DNA of 43,115 nucleotides, from the UHGV virus genome UHGV-0172426; one strand, given 5' to 3'. The notes beneath the pieces were generated by a model. The model saw nothing but the letters and a program-made list of their open reading frames with translations, searched no databases and was not told where the DNA came from. Positions 42,598 to 43,115 of the stretch are shown one piece after another. The stretch's first letter is position 1. Every line of letters begins with the position of its first letter. The position numbers and the translations under genes are program-made. This DNA comes from a virus.

Positions 42598-42757
42598 TTT
42601 TATCCTCCATCCCCATCACAATCATGATCGCATCGTCAAACCCGTCCATGTAGCCCATTTTGTAAAACCCGCTGCCGAGGTTGCGGTCGTGCTCCTTTTC
42701 GGCGCGACGCTTGGTCAGCTCCCGCAGCAGCTCGTCGCGGTCGATGGTGTCAGTCAT
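42590..42757 (-). CDS. 55-aa hypothetical protein (not in ORF track)
   Basis: AAGGAG RBS; MTDTIDRDELLRELTKRRAEKEHDRNLGSGFYKMGYMDGFDDAIMIVMGMEDKNA*. Confidence 0.62.
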   Translation of the reverse strand: MTDTIDRDELLRELTKRRAEKEHDRNLGSGFYKMGYMDGFDDAIMIVMGMEDKNA

Positions 42758-42783
42758 TGTCTTCACTCCTTTGCTTTACCGAC

Positions 42784-43005
42784 TCAGAGATGGAGCTTGT
42801 ATTTGTATTCGTAAACTGCTTGTTTCCCATCCGACGCAGTGACGGTGATTTTTGTAGGCCAATCCGACGCAACACCCTTGGGCTTGTGGGTTTCCTCGAT
42901 AACTTTCTCGATATGGATATGTGACTTTTCGCACTCGATACATTTCATTTCGTCGTTGTAGAGCTGGCCGCACGTTTCGCAGCGGTAGTGTTCTTCTTTC
43001 CTCAT
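42784..43005 (-). CDS. Small zinc-finger-like protein
   Basis: YRCETCG..C..CEKSH; GGAGG RBS. Confidence 0.68.
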   Translation of the reverse strand: MRKEEHYRCETCGQLYNDEMKCIECEKSHIHIEKVIEETHKPKGVASDWPTKITVTASDGKQAVYEYKYKLHL

Positions 43006-43115
43006 TCTGCTTCGCCCTCCTCGATCATTTCGATCATTTTTTCTGCAAAATCTTTTGTGCCAACGATATATCCGATGGTCACCTTTGCACTTAGAGCGTC
43101 CGCGCCGCGGAACGT
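43002..43115 (-). CDS. 3' part of junction-spanning 50-aa hypothetical protein
   Basis: 38 codons open to TGA 43002, ATGA overlap with next gene. Confidence 0.62.
   Translation of the reverse strand, partial: TFRGADALSAKVTIGYIVGTKDFAEKMIEMIEEGEAE

Noticed and set aside
42743..42757. 15-bp identity ATGACTGACACCATC with the MTase start (699-713)
   Set aside because: Short shared gene start; too little to call a repeat element or att site
1..43115. Stop-codon reassignment
   Set aside because: Structural genes are full-length in the standard code; TAA, TAG and TGA all end genes; no suppressor tRNA seen

Overview
The window looks like a complete, circularly permuted 43,115-bp genome of a temperate long-tailed (siphovirus-type) phage. 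Its host is probably a Clostridia-like Firmicute, inferred from sigmaA promoters, AGGAGG RBSs and gene families. Two observations point to the circular, excised form: a 50-aa ORF reads in frame across the 1/43115 junction, and an intact attP (tRNA 3' end flanked by arm repeats) sits right after the tyrosine integrase. Almost all genes are on the minus strand. The early operon carries a Cro-like HTH, two antirepressors, a Rad50-like ATPase, an SSB-like protein, an MBL nuclease, a replication initiator with an internal iteron origin, a DNA MTase, a ThyX-like protein and an ArpU/RinA activator. The late operon carries a ParB fusion, a GREB1/TAGT-like glycosyltransferase, terminase, portal, MuF, head, tail and lysis genes. 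A moron and a 7-gene uncharacterised module follow, ending at attP. Only the repressor and integrase are on the plus strand. The highlights are: (1) a regulated 7-gene module (papain-like peptidase, TM/coiled-coil Cys-rich protein, BclA-C-like protein) behind 11-bp-phased operator repeats, with an embedded antisense sRNA unit; (2) an 870-nt group I intron with an HNH endonuclease in the tape measure gene; (3) a MuF polymorphic toxin/immunity-like cassette with a hidden internal promoter and a recombination scar; (4) two unannotated micro-proteins that resemble the repressor C-terminus; (5) a ParB/glycosyltransferase DNA-modification locus; (6) three antisense promoter-sRNA-terminator units; (7) probable ATT starts for the portal and tape measure genes. 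All family calls come from motif recognition by eye; no database searches were run.
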